Of a DNA stretch of 64,000 nucleotides, positions 22,460 to 35,900 are shown piece after piece (the stretch's first letter is position 1; the number at the start of each line of letters is the position of its first letter). A model generated the notes under the pieces. That model saw only the letters and a list, made by a program, of their open reading frames with translations. It was not told the DNA's origin and ran no database searches. The position numbers were made by a program, and so were the translations under genes. The stretch lies in the NCBI GenBank assembly GCA_002269645.1, contig NIVC01001054.1, positions 268,656 through 332,655 of the forward strand. The letters are read 5' to 3'. The DNA comes from Macrostomum lignano. Lineage: Eukaryota.

Positions 22460-23600
22460 CTCTCTATTAGATTCTGAGAACGATTCTCTCTATTAAAATC
22501 TGAGGGCGATTCTCTCTATTAGAATCTGAGGGCGATTCTCTCTATTAGAATCTGAGGGCGATTCTCTCTATTAGAATCTGAGGGCGATTCTCTCTATTAG
22601 AATCTGAGGGCGATTCTCTCTATTAGAATCTGAGGGCGATTCTCTCTATTAGAATCTGAGGGCGATTCTCTCTATTAGAATCTGAGGGCGATTCTCTCTA
22701 TTAGAATCTGAGGGCGATTCTCTCTATTAGAATCTGAGGGCGACTCTCTCTATTAGAATCTGAGGGCGACTCTCTCTATTAGAATCTGAGGGCGATTCTC
22801 TCTATTAGAATCTGAGGGCGATTCTCTCTATTAGAATCTGAGGGCGACTCTCTATTAGAATCTGAGGGCAATTCTCTCTATTAGAATCTGAAGGCGATTC
22901 TCTCTATTAGATTCTGAGAACGACTCTCTCTATTAGAATCTGAGGGCGATTCTCTCTATTAGAATCTGAGGGCAATTCTCTCTATTAGAATCTGAGGGCA
23001 ATTCTCTCTATTAGAATCTGAGGGCGATTCTCTCTATTAGAATCTGAAGGCGATTCTCTCTATTAGAATCTGAGGGCAATTCTCTCTATTAGAATCTGAG
23101 GGCGACTCTCTATTAGATTCTGAGAACGACTCTCTCTATTAGAATCTGAGGGCGATTCTCTCTATTAGAATCTGAGGGCAATTCTCTCTATTAGAATCTG
23201 AGGGCAATTCTCTCTATTAGAATCTGAGGGCGATTCTCTCTATTAGAATCTGAAGGCGATTCTCTCTATTAGAATCTGAGGGCAATTCTCTCTATTAGAT
23301 TCTGAGGGCAATTCTCTCTATTAGAATCTGAGGGCGATTCTCTCTATTAGACTCTGAGAACGACTCTCTCTATTAGAATCTGAGGGCGACTCTCTCTATT
23401 AGAATCTGAGGGCAATTCTCTCTATTAGAATCTGAGGGCGATTCTCTCTATTAGACTCTGAGAACGACTCTCTCTATTAGAATCTGAGGGCGACTCTCTC
23501 TATTAGAATCTGAGGGCGATTCTCTCTATTAGACTCTGAGAACGACTCTCTCTATTAGAATCTGAGGGCGACTCTCTCTATTAGAATCTGAGGGCGACCT
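22460..23600. repeat. 26-bp minisatellite TGAGGGCGATTCTCTCTATTAGAATC with an internal inverted repeat
   Basis: Direct reading; GATTCT ... AGAATC in every unit. Confidence 0.96.
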
Positions 23601-23692
23601 AATTGATCTGGGACGCTTTCTGGCCTGGCTGGCTGGTAGCGGTTTTCACCTGAACTGCTCAGCACAGCACTAACAAACGGATTACAAAAGTC

Positions 23693-26600
23693 TCAGTTAA
23701 CTGAACTGTTTCTCCTCAACTCTCGAGCAAGATCCCGCCGATTAAGCATTGTTAAATCAAGAAATGCTTTCAGAAACCGGACATGATCGGAAAGTGGGGG
23801 CTGAACTCCCTCATCTGGACACTGTCCACACAGCGCCTGGCAGAGAGTAAATCCCCAGCAATGGTGTACAGGACAGCCAGGTTGTAGAGCTGGCTCTCAT
23901 GATGCGGTGCCTGTGTACAGCTGCCGCATGCGATCAACAACTGGATGGCCTCAGGGATGTGGCTCGATGTTGCTGGGTCGTTGGACACCTGCAAAATTGT
24001 GGTTTGTGCCGCAGTACGCATGATTTTGCAGGATTGTCTGTATTATCCTGTGGGATTCTGTGTCTGTATTATCCTGTGGGATTCTGTGTCTGTATTATCC
24101 TGTGGGATTCTGTGTCTGTATTATTCTGTGGGATTCTGTGTCTGTATTATCCTGTAGGGTTCTGTGTCTGTATTATCCTGTGGGGTTCTGTGTCTGTATT
24201 ATCCTGTGGGGTTCTGTGTCTGTATTATCCTGTAGGGTTCTGTGTCTGTATTATCCTGTGGGGTTCTGTGTCTGTATTATCCTGTAGGGTTCTGTGTCTG
24301 TATTATCCTGTGGGATTCTGTGTCTGTATTATCCTGTAGGGTTCTGTGTCTGTATTATCCTGTGGGGTTCTGTGTCTGTATTATCCTGTGGGGTTCTGTG
24401 TCTGTATTATCCTGTAGGATTCTGTGTCTGTATTATCCTGTGGGATTCTGTGTCTGTATTATCCTGTAGGGTTCTGTGTCTGTATTATCCTGTGGGATTC
24501 TGTGTCTGTATTATCCTGTAGGGTTCTGTGTCTGTATTATCCTGTGGGATTCTGTGTCTGTATTATCCTGTGGGATTCTGTGTCTGTATTATCCTGTGGG
24601 ATTCTGTGTCTGTATTATCCTGTAGGGTTCTGTGTCTTATATTGAACACTGTACGATCATGCACGTGGGATTATGTATAAGATTGCGTCAGTTCACAATC
24701 ATGGGATTCTGGAACATTCTGTGAGATGACTTTATTACATCTAGGTCTCGGGACAATTAGCAAAGAAAACTTACCTGCAGATGAACCAAAGCCTGTGCCA
24801 GGTAGTCCCTGGCAAGGCAGGTCTGCGACTCGGACAGCCCTGGCTGAGTCAGCAGTTGGCGGCAGCACCGCTCAGCCCGGGCGAAGTCTCCGAGGCCCAG
24901 GGCGCAGTAGGCGGCGACGGAGAGCGCGGCCGAGCGGAGCTCGAGAATGCGTCGGCGGCTGCTCAGGTTGCCAAGGCGACCCGGACTGAGCGGTAGGGAC
25001 ACCTGGGTTCCAATAACGATTTTTCATATGCATTGTGCATGCTTCTATAAGACTTATTAGAAGACTTATTATAAAACTGAAATTTTTATTAGACTCGGTG
25101 CCTGTGCGCTGGCGAGAGGCATTATTGCCAATGCCGCCGACTCCGCTGAGCAGGCGGATACGTACGCAGTCATACGCACAGGCACACACACAGGAGTGTA
25201 CAGCAGCCCTAACTTAGGCATGTACATTTTAGATTCCAATTTAGCCCCAAATTAATGTAACTGCACTTGGAATCGAGCCTGGGTTAGAGCGCCGCGCTGG
25301 ATCACTGGGCTAAAAATATTTAAGATCCCTATTTGAGGGAAATTAATTGATTCCAACCAAATAAATCAAAGATCCTAACCCAACAGTTCAAAGATCCCCA
25401 AACCAACAAATTAAAGATCCCCATATTAATAAATCAAAGATCCCCAAACCAATAAAACTAATATCTCCATATCAATAAATCAAAGATCCCCAAACCAATA
25501 AAACTAATATCTCCATATCAATAAATCAAAGATCCCCAAACCAATAAATCTAAGATCCTCATATCAATAAATAAAAGATCCTCAAACCAATAAATCTAAG
25601 ATCCTCATCAATAAATCAAAGATCCTCAAACCAATAAATCTAAGATCTCATATCAATAAATCAAAGATCCCTAAACCAATAAATCTAAGATCTCATCTCA
25701 ATAAATCAAAGATCCCCAACTTAAATAATCAAAGATCCCCAACCCAATAAATCAAAGATCCCAAACCAAACAATAAAAAATCCCATAGGCGTAATCCAAC
25801 TCACATGGCCACCCGGCTCTGTCAGCGGTAGCAGAAGCAGAGCATTGCTGGCGCAGATGGCGCCAAACTCCAGCGTAGGCGCCGGCATCGCGGCCATTGA
25901 GTCGCCATTATTAATTTTATTAGATTCGCCATTTCCGCATAGCAACGGATTGAGAACTAACTTCCGGTGCAAAGTGGAACCGATTGATTCAATTCGCCAA
26001 GCGCATTGGCGGTCTGCGATTGACTGCTGATGCTGGTGAACGCAGCATTCAGCAAGGCGAAGCCATAGACAGGGATTTCCCGGAAATTTGTTGGCCACTT
26101 CTAGCAGACAGTTGAACGCCTGTGCCGGCCTGCCGCTGTCAAATGTTTTGTTTTGCGCGAGCACGTGATAATCATTAGCACACAGGCATTAGGATAATAA
26201 TTAGCACAGCAGATATTAGTATATTCATTGGCACACAGGCATTAGGATAATAATTAGCACAGCAGATATTAGTATAATCATTGGCACACAGGCATTAGGA
26301 TAATCATTAGCACGTAGGCATTAGGATAATCATTAGCACACAGACATTAGGATAATCATTAGCACACAGGCATTAGGATAATCATTAGCACACAGGCATT
26401 AGGATAATCATTAGCACGTAGGCATTAGGATAATCATTAGCACACAGACATTAGGCATCCGGCAGATATTAAGCAGATAAGAAAACACTATTTTATGTAA
26501 TATAATAAGACACACCTAAACAGCAAAGCCAGACCCAGATTGTGCAGCAGCTTAAAGTGCCGATCGGACGCGAGCATGCTCAAACTGGCTGTATGCGGTT

Positions 26601-29268
26601 GCCATGACAACGTAGACGCAGTTTCATCTGCCGATTGGCTTTGCTGTTGAATCAGCTGATTGCAATCCTCAACTTGACACTGCAGCGCTTGCCTGAGACA
26701 GTGCTGAGCCAGCCTAGGTTTACCCTGCCGCAAATACACGCAGGACAGATTATTGAGAACAATGAGACTATGGTCTCTGTTGGCCGTGGCGATAGAGCGC
26801 AACAATGACAAAGACTGCTCAAGGCTGCCAGAGAAATACAATAATTGAGCTTTGCGAATTTCTGACAGCAATTTGAAGCTTAACTTGACCTCGTCTGCCG
26901 ATTGTACCTGCAGTTGGGAAATAGGCACGGTAATCAAGAATCTTTGAGTGGGGAGAATCTTCAGGGGAATGGGGAGAATCTTCAAAAGAATGGGGAGAAT
27001 CTTCAGGAGAATGGGGCACCAATCTTCAGGAGAATGGGGAGAATCTTCAGGAGAATGGGGAGAATCTTCAGGAGAATGGGGCACGAATCTTCAGGAGAAT
27101 GGGGAGAATCTTCAGGAGAATGGGGCACGAATCTTCAGGAGAATGAAGAGAATCTTCAGGGAATGGGGAGAATCTTCAGGGGAATGGGGAGAATCTTCAG
27201 GGGAATGGGGAGAATCTTCAGGGGAATGGGGAGAATCTTCAGGGGAATGGGGAGAATCTTCAGGAGAATGGGGCTCGAATTTTCAGGGGAATGGGGAAAA
27301 TCTTCAGGGTAATGGTGCTCTAATCTTCAGGAGAATGGGGAGAATCTTCAGGGTAATGGTGCTCTAATCTTCAGGAGAATGGTGAGAATCTTCAGGGTAA
27401 TGGTGCTCTAATCTTCAGGAGAATGGGGAGAATCTTCAGGAGAGTGGGGAGAATCTTCAGGAGAATGGGGCACGAATCTTCAGGGGAATGGGGAGAATCT
27501 TTAGGATGATTGGGGAAAACCTTCACGGGAATGGGGAGAATCTTCAGGAGAATGGGGCTCGAATTTTCAGGGGAATGGGGAAAATCTTCAGGAGAATGGG
27601 GCTCGAATTTTCAGGGGAATGGGGAAAATCTTCAGGGTAATGGTGCTCTAATCTTCAGGAGAATGGGGAGAATCTTTAGGATGATTGGGGAAAACCTTCA
27701 CGGGAATGGGGCTCGAATCTTCAGGGGGATTGGGAAAAATCTTCAAGGGAATAGGGCTCGAATCTTCTGGGGAATGGGGAGAATCTTCAGGGGAATAGGG
27801 CTCGAATCTTCAGGAGAATGGGGCACCAATCTTCAGAGGAATGGGGAGAATATTCATGGGAGTGGGGAGACTTAGCATTCTAGAATGAAAGAGAAGCAAG
27901 AGGCAAACATACAGTACCACAAGAATTTAATTAAGACACTATAAAAACTGGAACCTACCTCCGTACACAATTCAGTTACTAGGCTTAACGCTCCATCAAA
28001 TTTTTTGAGCATCAGTGAGGCCTCGATTCTGGCATCCAATTGAATTAAGCGTTCCCTAGTATCTTGCTTCAGACTAGCATGGATATCTGAGTCTGAACAG
28101 GCGCTATTGGAGCCAGGTTTTGGCGACAGAGCCTGAGCAACAGCTCTGAGAATAGCGGCCTGCTCAGGAGAGCTGGGAGCCGGCGGCCTACTTTTAGCCT
28201 CGCTGTCAATCAGCTTGATGGCGGCGTCTGGCAGGCGCAGCCGCAACAGCAGGGTGTCCAGCAGCAGTTCACGGATAGCAGCGCCCAGACGGCAGTCAGG
28301 CGGTGCCAGAGGCAGCGCCAGCTCAAGCAGGCGCCTGGCCTCTGAGTGCCTGCGCTGGTAGTGCAGCACCAAGGCAAAGTTGTACAGCAGGGCGGAGCAG
28401 GCGGGGTCTTGGGCGGCGGCAGGCTGAAGGTTGGGACAGTCAGTTTTATGAGAGGATCTGGGAGGCTGGCCCAGCAACTGACACTCTGGGAGGCTGGCCC
28501 AGCAACTGACACTCTGGGAGGCTGGCCCAGCAACTGACACTCTGGGAGGCTGGCCCAGCAACTGAGAATCTGGGAGGCTGGCCCAGCAACTGAGGATCTG
28601 GGAGGCTGGCCCAGCAACTGAGGATCTGGGAGGCTGGCCCAGCAACTGAGGATCTGAGAGGCTGGCTCAGCAACTGAGGATCTGGGAGGTTGGTGGCCCA
28701 GCAACTGAGGATCTGGGAGGCTGGCCCAGCAACTGAGGATCTGGGAGGCTGGCCCAGGAACTGAGGATCTGGGAGGCTGGCCTAGCAACTGAGGATCTCC
28801 TGAGAAATGTAGGGCCTGGAAATACAACTAAGACAATATCATAAAAGCATAAAAACTAAAAAGTTCTATTGTTTGTCTTAATCGAATGCAGCAAATCAAA
28901 CAAGCTCCAACCTCTTCAGCTGTTTGAACCAGCAGTTCCTGCCAGGAAGAATCAGCGGCAGCAGCAGCAGCAGCCAATGCCAGTTCCTGGCCAAATTTGT
29001 CCACACAGTTACCGCCAGAGTTATAAAATTGCAGCACAGCCCAGTTGACAAGCAGGCCAGGATGATGGCTGTCACAAGCTTTCAGCCAGTTAAGTGCAGT
29101 CTGGCATTTATCAAGCTGGTTGCTATAGAAAAATTCTGTTGCTTGACTGGCTAGCAGAGATTCTTGCACACTAAATGGCTGGTTGATATTGCCCACACAC
29201 TTGAGCTTATTCGCTAGAGGCTCATCTCTGTCTTGTAGCTGATGCTGCTCTTGGGCTGAGTTTGGCAT
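23693..29268 (-). CDS. CNOT10: CCR4-NOT subunit 10. Exons (minus) 29268-28912, 28423-27959, 26907-26516, 26135-25805, 25002-24775, 23988-23693 (one frameshift near 23796)
   Basis: LASQATEFFYS, LLYNFALVLHY, LNNLSCVYL, LLHNLGLALLF, GRPAQAFNCLL...NPCLWLRLAECC...HRKLVL...PTLEFGAICASNALLLLP, AAYCALGLGD, LYNLAVLY. All splice phases are consistent. Confidence 0.9.
24035..24635. repeat. 26-bp minisatellite TGTCTGTATTATCCTGT(G/A)GG(A/G)TTCTG (CNOT10 intron 5)
   Basis: Direct reading. Confidence 0.95.
25040..25313 (-). mobile_element. tRNA-derived SINE, same family as 57516-57900
   Basis: Reverse complement matches the 57.5-57.9 kb copy (TAGCCCAG, CCAGGCTCGATTCCAAGTGCAG, CTGTACACTCCTGTGTG). Confidence 0.75.
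25340..25765. repeat. AT-rich degenerate minisatellite with core AATAAATCAAAGATCC (CNOT10 intron 4)
   Basis: Direct reading. Confidence 0.85.
26165..26460. repeat. 26-bp minisatellite ATAATCATTAGCACACAGGCATTAGG (CNOT10 intron 3)
   Basis: Direct reading. Confidence 0.92.
26945..27870. repeat. 21-bp minisatellite GAATCTTCAGG(A/G)GAATGGGGA (CNOT10 intron 2)
   Basis: Direct reading. Confidence 0.93.
28450..28800. repeat. 28-bp minisatellite TCTGGGAGGCTGGCCCAGCAACTGAGGA (CNOT10 intron 1)
   Basis: Direct reading. Confidence 0.93.
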
Positions 29269-32200
29269 TTTTAGAATCTTGAGTGCACTCAAATGGAAGT
29301 CTGAAATTTTGAAATAAAAAAATTGTGATTGTTTCTTAAAAATTAATTATATCCAGTTTCTTAGTTATTTAGTCATTCATCATCCCAATGCTATTGTCAA
29401 CTTCAACTTCCTGTTGCAACAAAGTCAGATTTTTCTTATCAAGCTTCAATATTTTGAACATACATTATTATACATTACAATGGGCCAACCTCATTTGTTA
29501 GGTACCTTGAGCTAGTTTCTCAAGCATCTGGTTGTCATTCAAATGCTGTTAGCACTTTCAAAAGACAAAAAGAAACCTGACTATAGATATAAAAAGATTT
29601 TTAAGATTGCTACTGTGCAGGGCCCCTCCCGATTTCTTTATAAAATAGTCACCATTTAGTCAATTTGAATTCATGGCAAAACTGAGAAACATATTTTGTT
29701 TTAATACTCATATTTTCTATAATATTTTACGCAAACTAATTTTTGTTTAAACTAGCAGTAAATTTTAGTATAAATAGAAGCAATTTCAATGGAGGAGAGA
29801 CCAACCTTGTGCATTGTGGTTCCGCAATAAGTGATTGATAGCGAATAGTAAGAGTTCGGAGAAAATAAGAATTGAAGAAGTGTTTTCTGTGTTAATTCCT
29901 TTTAGGAAGTAAGAGTGAAATAGACTGAAGCATATACAGTACATACTATTGAGAAGCAGCAGTATTGAGTAGTAAGAAACTACAAAGTAGATCTGAAGTG
30001 ATACGTGTTAGAATAACTGGAGGCTGTGACCTTCTGATCTCGGTAATGCCCAAGGACTTGCAAAGTACATGGAATACATATACCAGTATAGCCAATAGAC
30101 CACTCAGGCCAAAAATACAGCAAATGCTACCGGAATCCGAATATACGCTACCAGAATAACAGAGGAATAAAATCTTTAAGGGCTAATAGTTTCCAAGAAT
30201 AATACTCAGACTAAAAACTCAGACTAAATACTAAGATATATACTCAGATCAATTCTAAGAAATGTTTCTCAGATTATTCTAAGATTGATAAACTCATAAT
30301 TTATTAATAGGATAATCCTGGTGGCAGCTACCAAAATTTATAATAACAGGAATTTAGCCCTTTGACAATTTTAGTGACAGCTATGGAATCATTTGAAGAG
30401 ACAGAAGAATCAGCCCTTTGACACTACCAAGTATACATGAAATCAAATAAAATTACCATTATAATCAAAACAAACTTTTCAATATGTTGAGTTTTAAGTA
30501 ATAGCTATCATACTTTAATTGTAATTGTATTTTATATGTCTAGTATCATCTGTTGAAGGTGCCAAATAGCAATAGGGTAATAATAAAATGATTAAAGACT
30601 AGCTAAGGATACCAAAAATATAGACTTAGTAGTAATTAGGCCTTGATAATGAGGTATTTAGCCTTAATATAAAATAGTAATAGTTACTCCTCTTATTTAA
30701 CCAAAATTGCATTAATTTTTCTTTAGGGCTTTTTTTCCTAAGTAAGTTACATTTTTGGTCAAAAAGTAAATTACATAGTGTTAACATTTTGTCAACATTG
30801 GTTGCGAATGACAAAAGTTATCAACTTTTTACTTTTTGTAAAACTATATTTACTTTTTACTTTAGTAAATCAAGTGCATTACATGGGCCACCTTACAAAT
30901 CGGGTGAGTTGAGTAGGCCTATATATGAAAAAAGTCAGAGCAAATGCAAACACTTGCTTTGGAAATAATATGCTAATAAAATTAGAAGCTTGGCAAGGCT
31001 ACACTAAGGTATAATGCTGGTTGGTGCATAAGAACATTTTGAATAATATATTAGCACTTATAAGGAAAAAATGAAATCAAATTATACAAAAAATAGTTAG
31101 GCTTTTTGTCTAAAATTATAATTAATAAAATATATCTAGTCTAGATAGGCATCTACTTATAGCAGAATCATTGAAGATTGAATAGGCCTATCTTAATTTT
31201 TGATAGTCTAAGGTTTGGCAACTAGACTTTTCAAACTTGAGTCTTCTTATTTGAGAAGGTATATTAACAAAACAGTTAGCATATATTCTTAAATCTTATA
31301 TGCCTGAATTGCTTTATTTTAATATAGCAAAATTGTCAAAAATCCCCTTTTGATAGTTTGACAAGTGGAAAATGGCATAGTATTCTTATTGCTATAAAGA
31401 ACTAATAGACCTAAACATAATTTAACCTTAGCTAGGCATATATGCTATATCTGGTAAAAAAAAAGTTATCATAGGCCTTATACATAATTGATACTAAAAT
31501 TGCTAGGGACCTATATCTATAATTATGATTATGAACATAGTATGTAGTACATAATCATATTAAGTTATTTAACAAGTGTTTACTTATCAGCTTATCCCAT
31601 GTGCATAAGCGCAATTTCTGGCTAATCTAGCTAATCTACCAAGCATAAATTAACAGACCAATGATAAGTTGCAAAATTTGTCATTAGAAATTTTTAGCTT
31701 ATGATATAACAAATAAACTTTTGAAAAAATTATGACCTAGGCCTATATATAGGCCCTATTTATTAGTCTTAAAAGACATTATTTAAAGCTTCATCTTTAT
31801 TATGATAACTAGAGCCTATGACATGTTCTATAATTTGGTTAGCATTTAAATTAAAATACTTAAAATTGTTTAAAAATGACATTTAAAGCCCTAGCAAGAC
31901 AAAAGCCAAACTAGGGCCTATACTAGATACTATACTATTCTTCTATAGCCTAATTTTGAATGATGGGCCTACTTCAATAACATTAACAATAAAAATCCTG
32001 GTGAGATATTAAAAGTGTTATCAGATCAGTGATTAGCTCAAGTTCCTCTAAGAGTTCGCATTATATATATCTCTAATTTCATCATTACTTACAATATAAA
32101 TTAGGTTACATAAATCTAAGCCTCTGCTCTAGCAATATTTTCTTACTTTACACGGCCGCCTGTTAGAACACCACATGTTAGCTTGTTAGCCTACACTGAA

Positions 32201-33854
32201 CTATGCTGCACTGCACGAAGCTACTGTACAAAGCCTGTCCAGTATTGTGTGCACCGTGCTACATTGTGCACTAGTTAAAGTACCTGGCATGCACGCTTGC
32301 CCGTTTCGTTTTAAAGTTGTGCATGATCAAAGTCGAGAGCAAAGGTTACTTTTATTTTGAGTACGTTGATATATTTGCTATAATAAATTTAGCACAGATA
32401 CACAATTATTTATTTTTAAAGAGTTCTAACCAGCTTCATTAAATTTCTTTGTGTTTTAATGTACTAAGCCTTAGCTGATTCTATTCAAAAATTAGATGGA
32501 TTCAGCCATAAAAAATTGTGTTTAAAAACGAATATAGTCAAACAGTACTATTTGTTTGCCAACTCAAATTTGAGGTGGCATCGACCGACGGATACAGCGT
32601 GGAGGCGGAGGAGACTACCGGCCCATTCCTCAATTAGCCCCCATGGCGACCAAAGCCCGTCCAACGAAGTGGTATCGCGATCAGGAATCGTCAGTCTCAC
32701 GCCTTTAATTGCAGCGCAGTCTTTCTCACCAGTGGCGGAGAAGAAATTAGCTCGTCCCCACATGTCCCCAAGGTTACTTAAAAGGGAATTGGCCCAGAGG
32801 TGAGTGATTTTGTCCTTGATGGTGAAAACAGGCGCAAAGTAGAAAAGTACTTTGCGTTTTTTACTGTGCCTGCGATTGTGACAAATGGATCCTCACGCAA
32901 AAACCTGGCCCTGGGTGGCTAGAGAAACAGCCATGCCCAGAGGGGGCCATGCTGACTGCTCGTCTAAGGTTTCTGAGGTTGAGCAAGCCTAATTAAGGAG
33001 CTTATGGCTCTAATATGTACAGCTGGAAGTGCAGGGGAGAGTTGGGGATCGGGACTGGCATGCAATTAAATGTACAAGTGTTGTACGTGAACCTGCGAAG
33101 ATTCTCAGAGTCCATGCCCAGCGTCTACAGGCGGGATCTGAATCACCGAGAAGTTGAGAACGGCGATGGGGGCCGGGCAGTGCGGTAGAAATGGAATTTG
33201 AGTTGTCTGCACTCGCTTCGTGTCGTGTCGAGGCTGAATGACCTTGTAAGCCTAGCTCTGGCAGCAGCTCTGGATCGAATAGCGGCTTTCATGGGATTGA
33301 ATCCGTGAACAGTTTGACCCTGTCGCACTTCTCGAGAGTCTTGATCGATCGTCTGGAGTGCGGGGTAAGCGAACGCATCTTAAAAGCCTGAACTTTTCTT
33401 AAGGCTAGCACAGCGTTTCAGAAGACACCTGGTGCTCTTTGCCGCTTCTCCTTTGACATGTAAATATTCTGAGGAAGAGCACTGAGGAGGAAAAAGCATT
33501 CCAATGCCTTCAATGGGAGTAGAGGGTGCGCCCATAGTCGCACGGCAATTTACATGTAGCTTGCCCTGGACTCTGTAGAGAGCGTTGCTTCTAGTAAAGG
33601 AAATGAGCCTCCCTAGGTAGTGTCCACGTTGCGCCTGATCTGAGCCAGGACAGGCCAGGACAGTTCATAGTGAGGCGCGGTAGGAAGCCGGCCCCCTTCT
33701 CTATACAATATATTTTCGTGGGGCTTCGTGACCCAGAGCAGTAATGGTTGGTACATGTAAACATGACCGCTGGGATTTCGACTCTGCTAAGAGAGAGGGA
33801 GGCCACGCTGGTTCGCTCAGACGCTCCGCTCGCCCCAGGAAACCCTGAAGACAA

Positions 33855-34330
33855 ACAACAACAACAATTAACTACACAGCTCATCATGAAAGGTCACAGT
33901 TAGAGTAGGGTGCGTCAGATGGCGCGCCGCAGAGCCTGAGAGCGGACGAAGTTGTCGGACGCCCCGGCATCGCGTAGGAGGCAGTCCACGTATCGACGGG
34001 TTTGAGCCTGACCCCGCCTGAACGGGCCCTGCAAGGTGAGCAGCAGGATGTCCTGAACAGGTTGGGGGCAGTAGCCCTCGGCCCGGATCACGTGGCCCGC
34101 CAGTTGAAGTCGCCGCCGGCGCAGGATGGTGGACGGGCGCTGCAGTTTGGCCCGATCGTACAGGGCCTCGGTCCCGACGCTCTCGTCAGCTCGAAAGGCC
34201 GCACGGAGCAGCCCTGAGTGCGCCGAGAGTCCAGCTGCCGCTCTAGCGTAGCCGTCAGCGTTGTAGAGCAGGACGGTTTCAACCACCGCCTGCCACAGCC
34301 GACGTCCCGAAGAAAATCGCTGATGAAGAT
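33855..34330 (-). mobile_element. 5'-truncated RTE-clade LINE 3' end
   Basis: LLRAAF...LYDRAKLQRPSTILRRRRLQLAGHVIR...RRGQAQTRRYVDCLLRDAG, followed by a (TTG)n tail. Confidence 0.75.
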
Positions 34331-35149
34331 CTCTGATGTCGACCAAAGCGGCCGCCACAGTCAGCGTCATAGCACACCTTGAGAATGGGGTCAAATGGAG
34401 ATCGCTGCAAAGCGTATTCAGTAAATATAAAATTAAAAAGGAAATCTCGGAAAAGGTTTCGAATGTTAAAAGCTTTATACTGTTAGAGGATAGAGTATAG
34501 TACTTTACCTTAATGACACCCGTGAGACAGAAATTCTAGCAAATTTGTCGAAGACGTGTTGTAAGCTAAATCCAACTGCCAAGAACTACTCAATGTAGGG
34601 CGGGAAACTAAACTACATGTACGTTTTTTTAGAAAATATGTTAAAAAATGTTTTTTTCGAGAAAATAAACTGTAGAGATAGGAAGCTAATTTCATTTCTT
34701 CAGTACAAAAATTGCTCTCGCTTTCAATAGGAGGCAGACCCAGCCTATGTTCATCTTTTAATATGTTGTGCCTTTCATAGCTCTATTGATACTCATAAAG
34801 TTTTTCGTTTAGAAAATTACGATTCTGTTTAAATAACTAGCAGCTAAATACTCTGTTTGCGCACGAGAAGGAATATTTATTTACTAGCGAGATTTATTCA
34901 CCGGGATATTTATTCACTTTCTTTCGTTGTATTATTTCGACGGCTTTGACTTAGAGAGGAAACTGCTAAGCAAGCATGAACCATGAACCGCGACAGAACC
35001 ATGGCTCGGCACCGAAGGACCCTGAACTCTGGGTTCAACTGCACCAGGGAGCGGATTTCTTGCCCTTGTAAGCTTTGAGGGGTCAAGCTGACTCATAGGC
35101 AGTGTAGCGATCGCATCCAGAAAGGAGGCGAGATCCTTCACCTCATAGC

Positions 35150-35900
35150 AGTCAGGTGATTGGTGTTGTCAAGATCCCGAGGGTCATGGCCCAGCTTCGA
35201 GCTAATGACAGCCCAATCGGTATTCCTGGCATTTCGGCTTCATGGGACCTTTGGCTTTTGCGTAGTCAGCCCGAGGCAAAAGTGAACAAAACGGTAGCCC
35301 TAGAGCGATCGAGCTAGCCGTCGTCCGACCACGTCAGTCCAGGTGAGGGGATGGCGGATGTCAACGTCTTCGGCCCACCTCCCGTTGATGAACTTGAGGT
35401 GTATGCCCTCGTTTCAAAAATAAAATTTTCGTGCTGCTGACGTAGGCCAGCAGCTCTTAGCCTCTGTTGTTCGGTCTTGCAACCCCAATGCAGGTGGTGC
35501 ACATTTACATCCCCTGCAATGAGCAACTCGAACTGCCGGGACGCAAACGTAGTAAATGAGGTCGACTAGCGCGTCGCAAAACACGGAAGCGTCGCCCGGG
35601 AAGTAGGCGGATGCTACTAGGGTGGATTTATTGAAGACAAAATTATTGATTTGGACAACACAGATGTCCCCAGTCGAAGGATCAGGTCTTACCCATGCCT
35701 CAAAGATTTTTGCAAAAAAGATCATATATCTTGGACAAGGCTGAGAGTCTGCCATGCAAAAACAGTTGTAGCCAGATAGAACATTATTTTGCTTACCAGG
35801 TCATCCAGGGCTTTTGTACAAAGATCAGGCTCGGGAGATGCTGTGTTGTGCGCATCAGGTTGGCTAGTGCCCATAAGCAGTGCTGGGTATTGATCTGCAG
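35150..35900 (-). mobile_element. Degenerate AP-endonuclease domain of an R1/LOA/I-type LINE ORF2
   Basis: CLQINTQHC...ANL...IFVQKPW (N-terminal QIN/QEPW motif), VASAYFP, LIAGDVNVHHLHWGC and a downstream ARNTDW, interrupted by stops and frameshifts. Confidence 0.7.

Noticed and set aside
16965-28800. 20-32-bp repeat arrays as CRISPR loci
   Set aside because: The units are head-to-tail with no unique spacers, there are no cas genes, and the context is eukaryotic.
29300-32500. AT-rich region upstream of CNOT10 as a hidden gene
   Set aside because: There are no credible ORFs, splice chains or element termini; it was kept only for the motif-enrichment finding.
32550-32720. Possible tyrosine-recombinase C-terminus (MGR*S / SSASTLY) on the minus strand
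   Set aside because: It needs a stop and a frameshift, and the H-x-x-R motif is absent. Only an HMM search could rescue it.
33240-33400. CDRVKLFTDS as an RNase H motif
   Set aside because: It is a single short motif with no supporting upstream catalytic residues.
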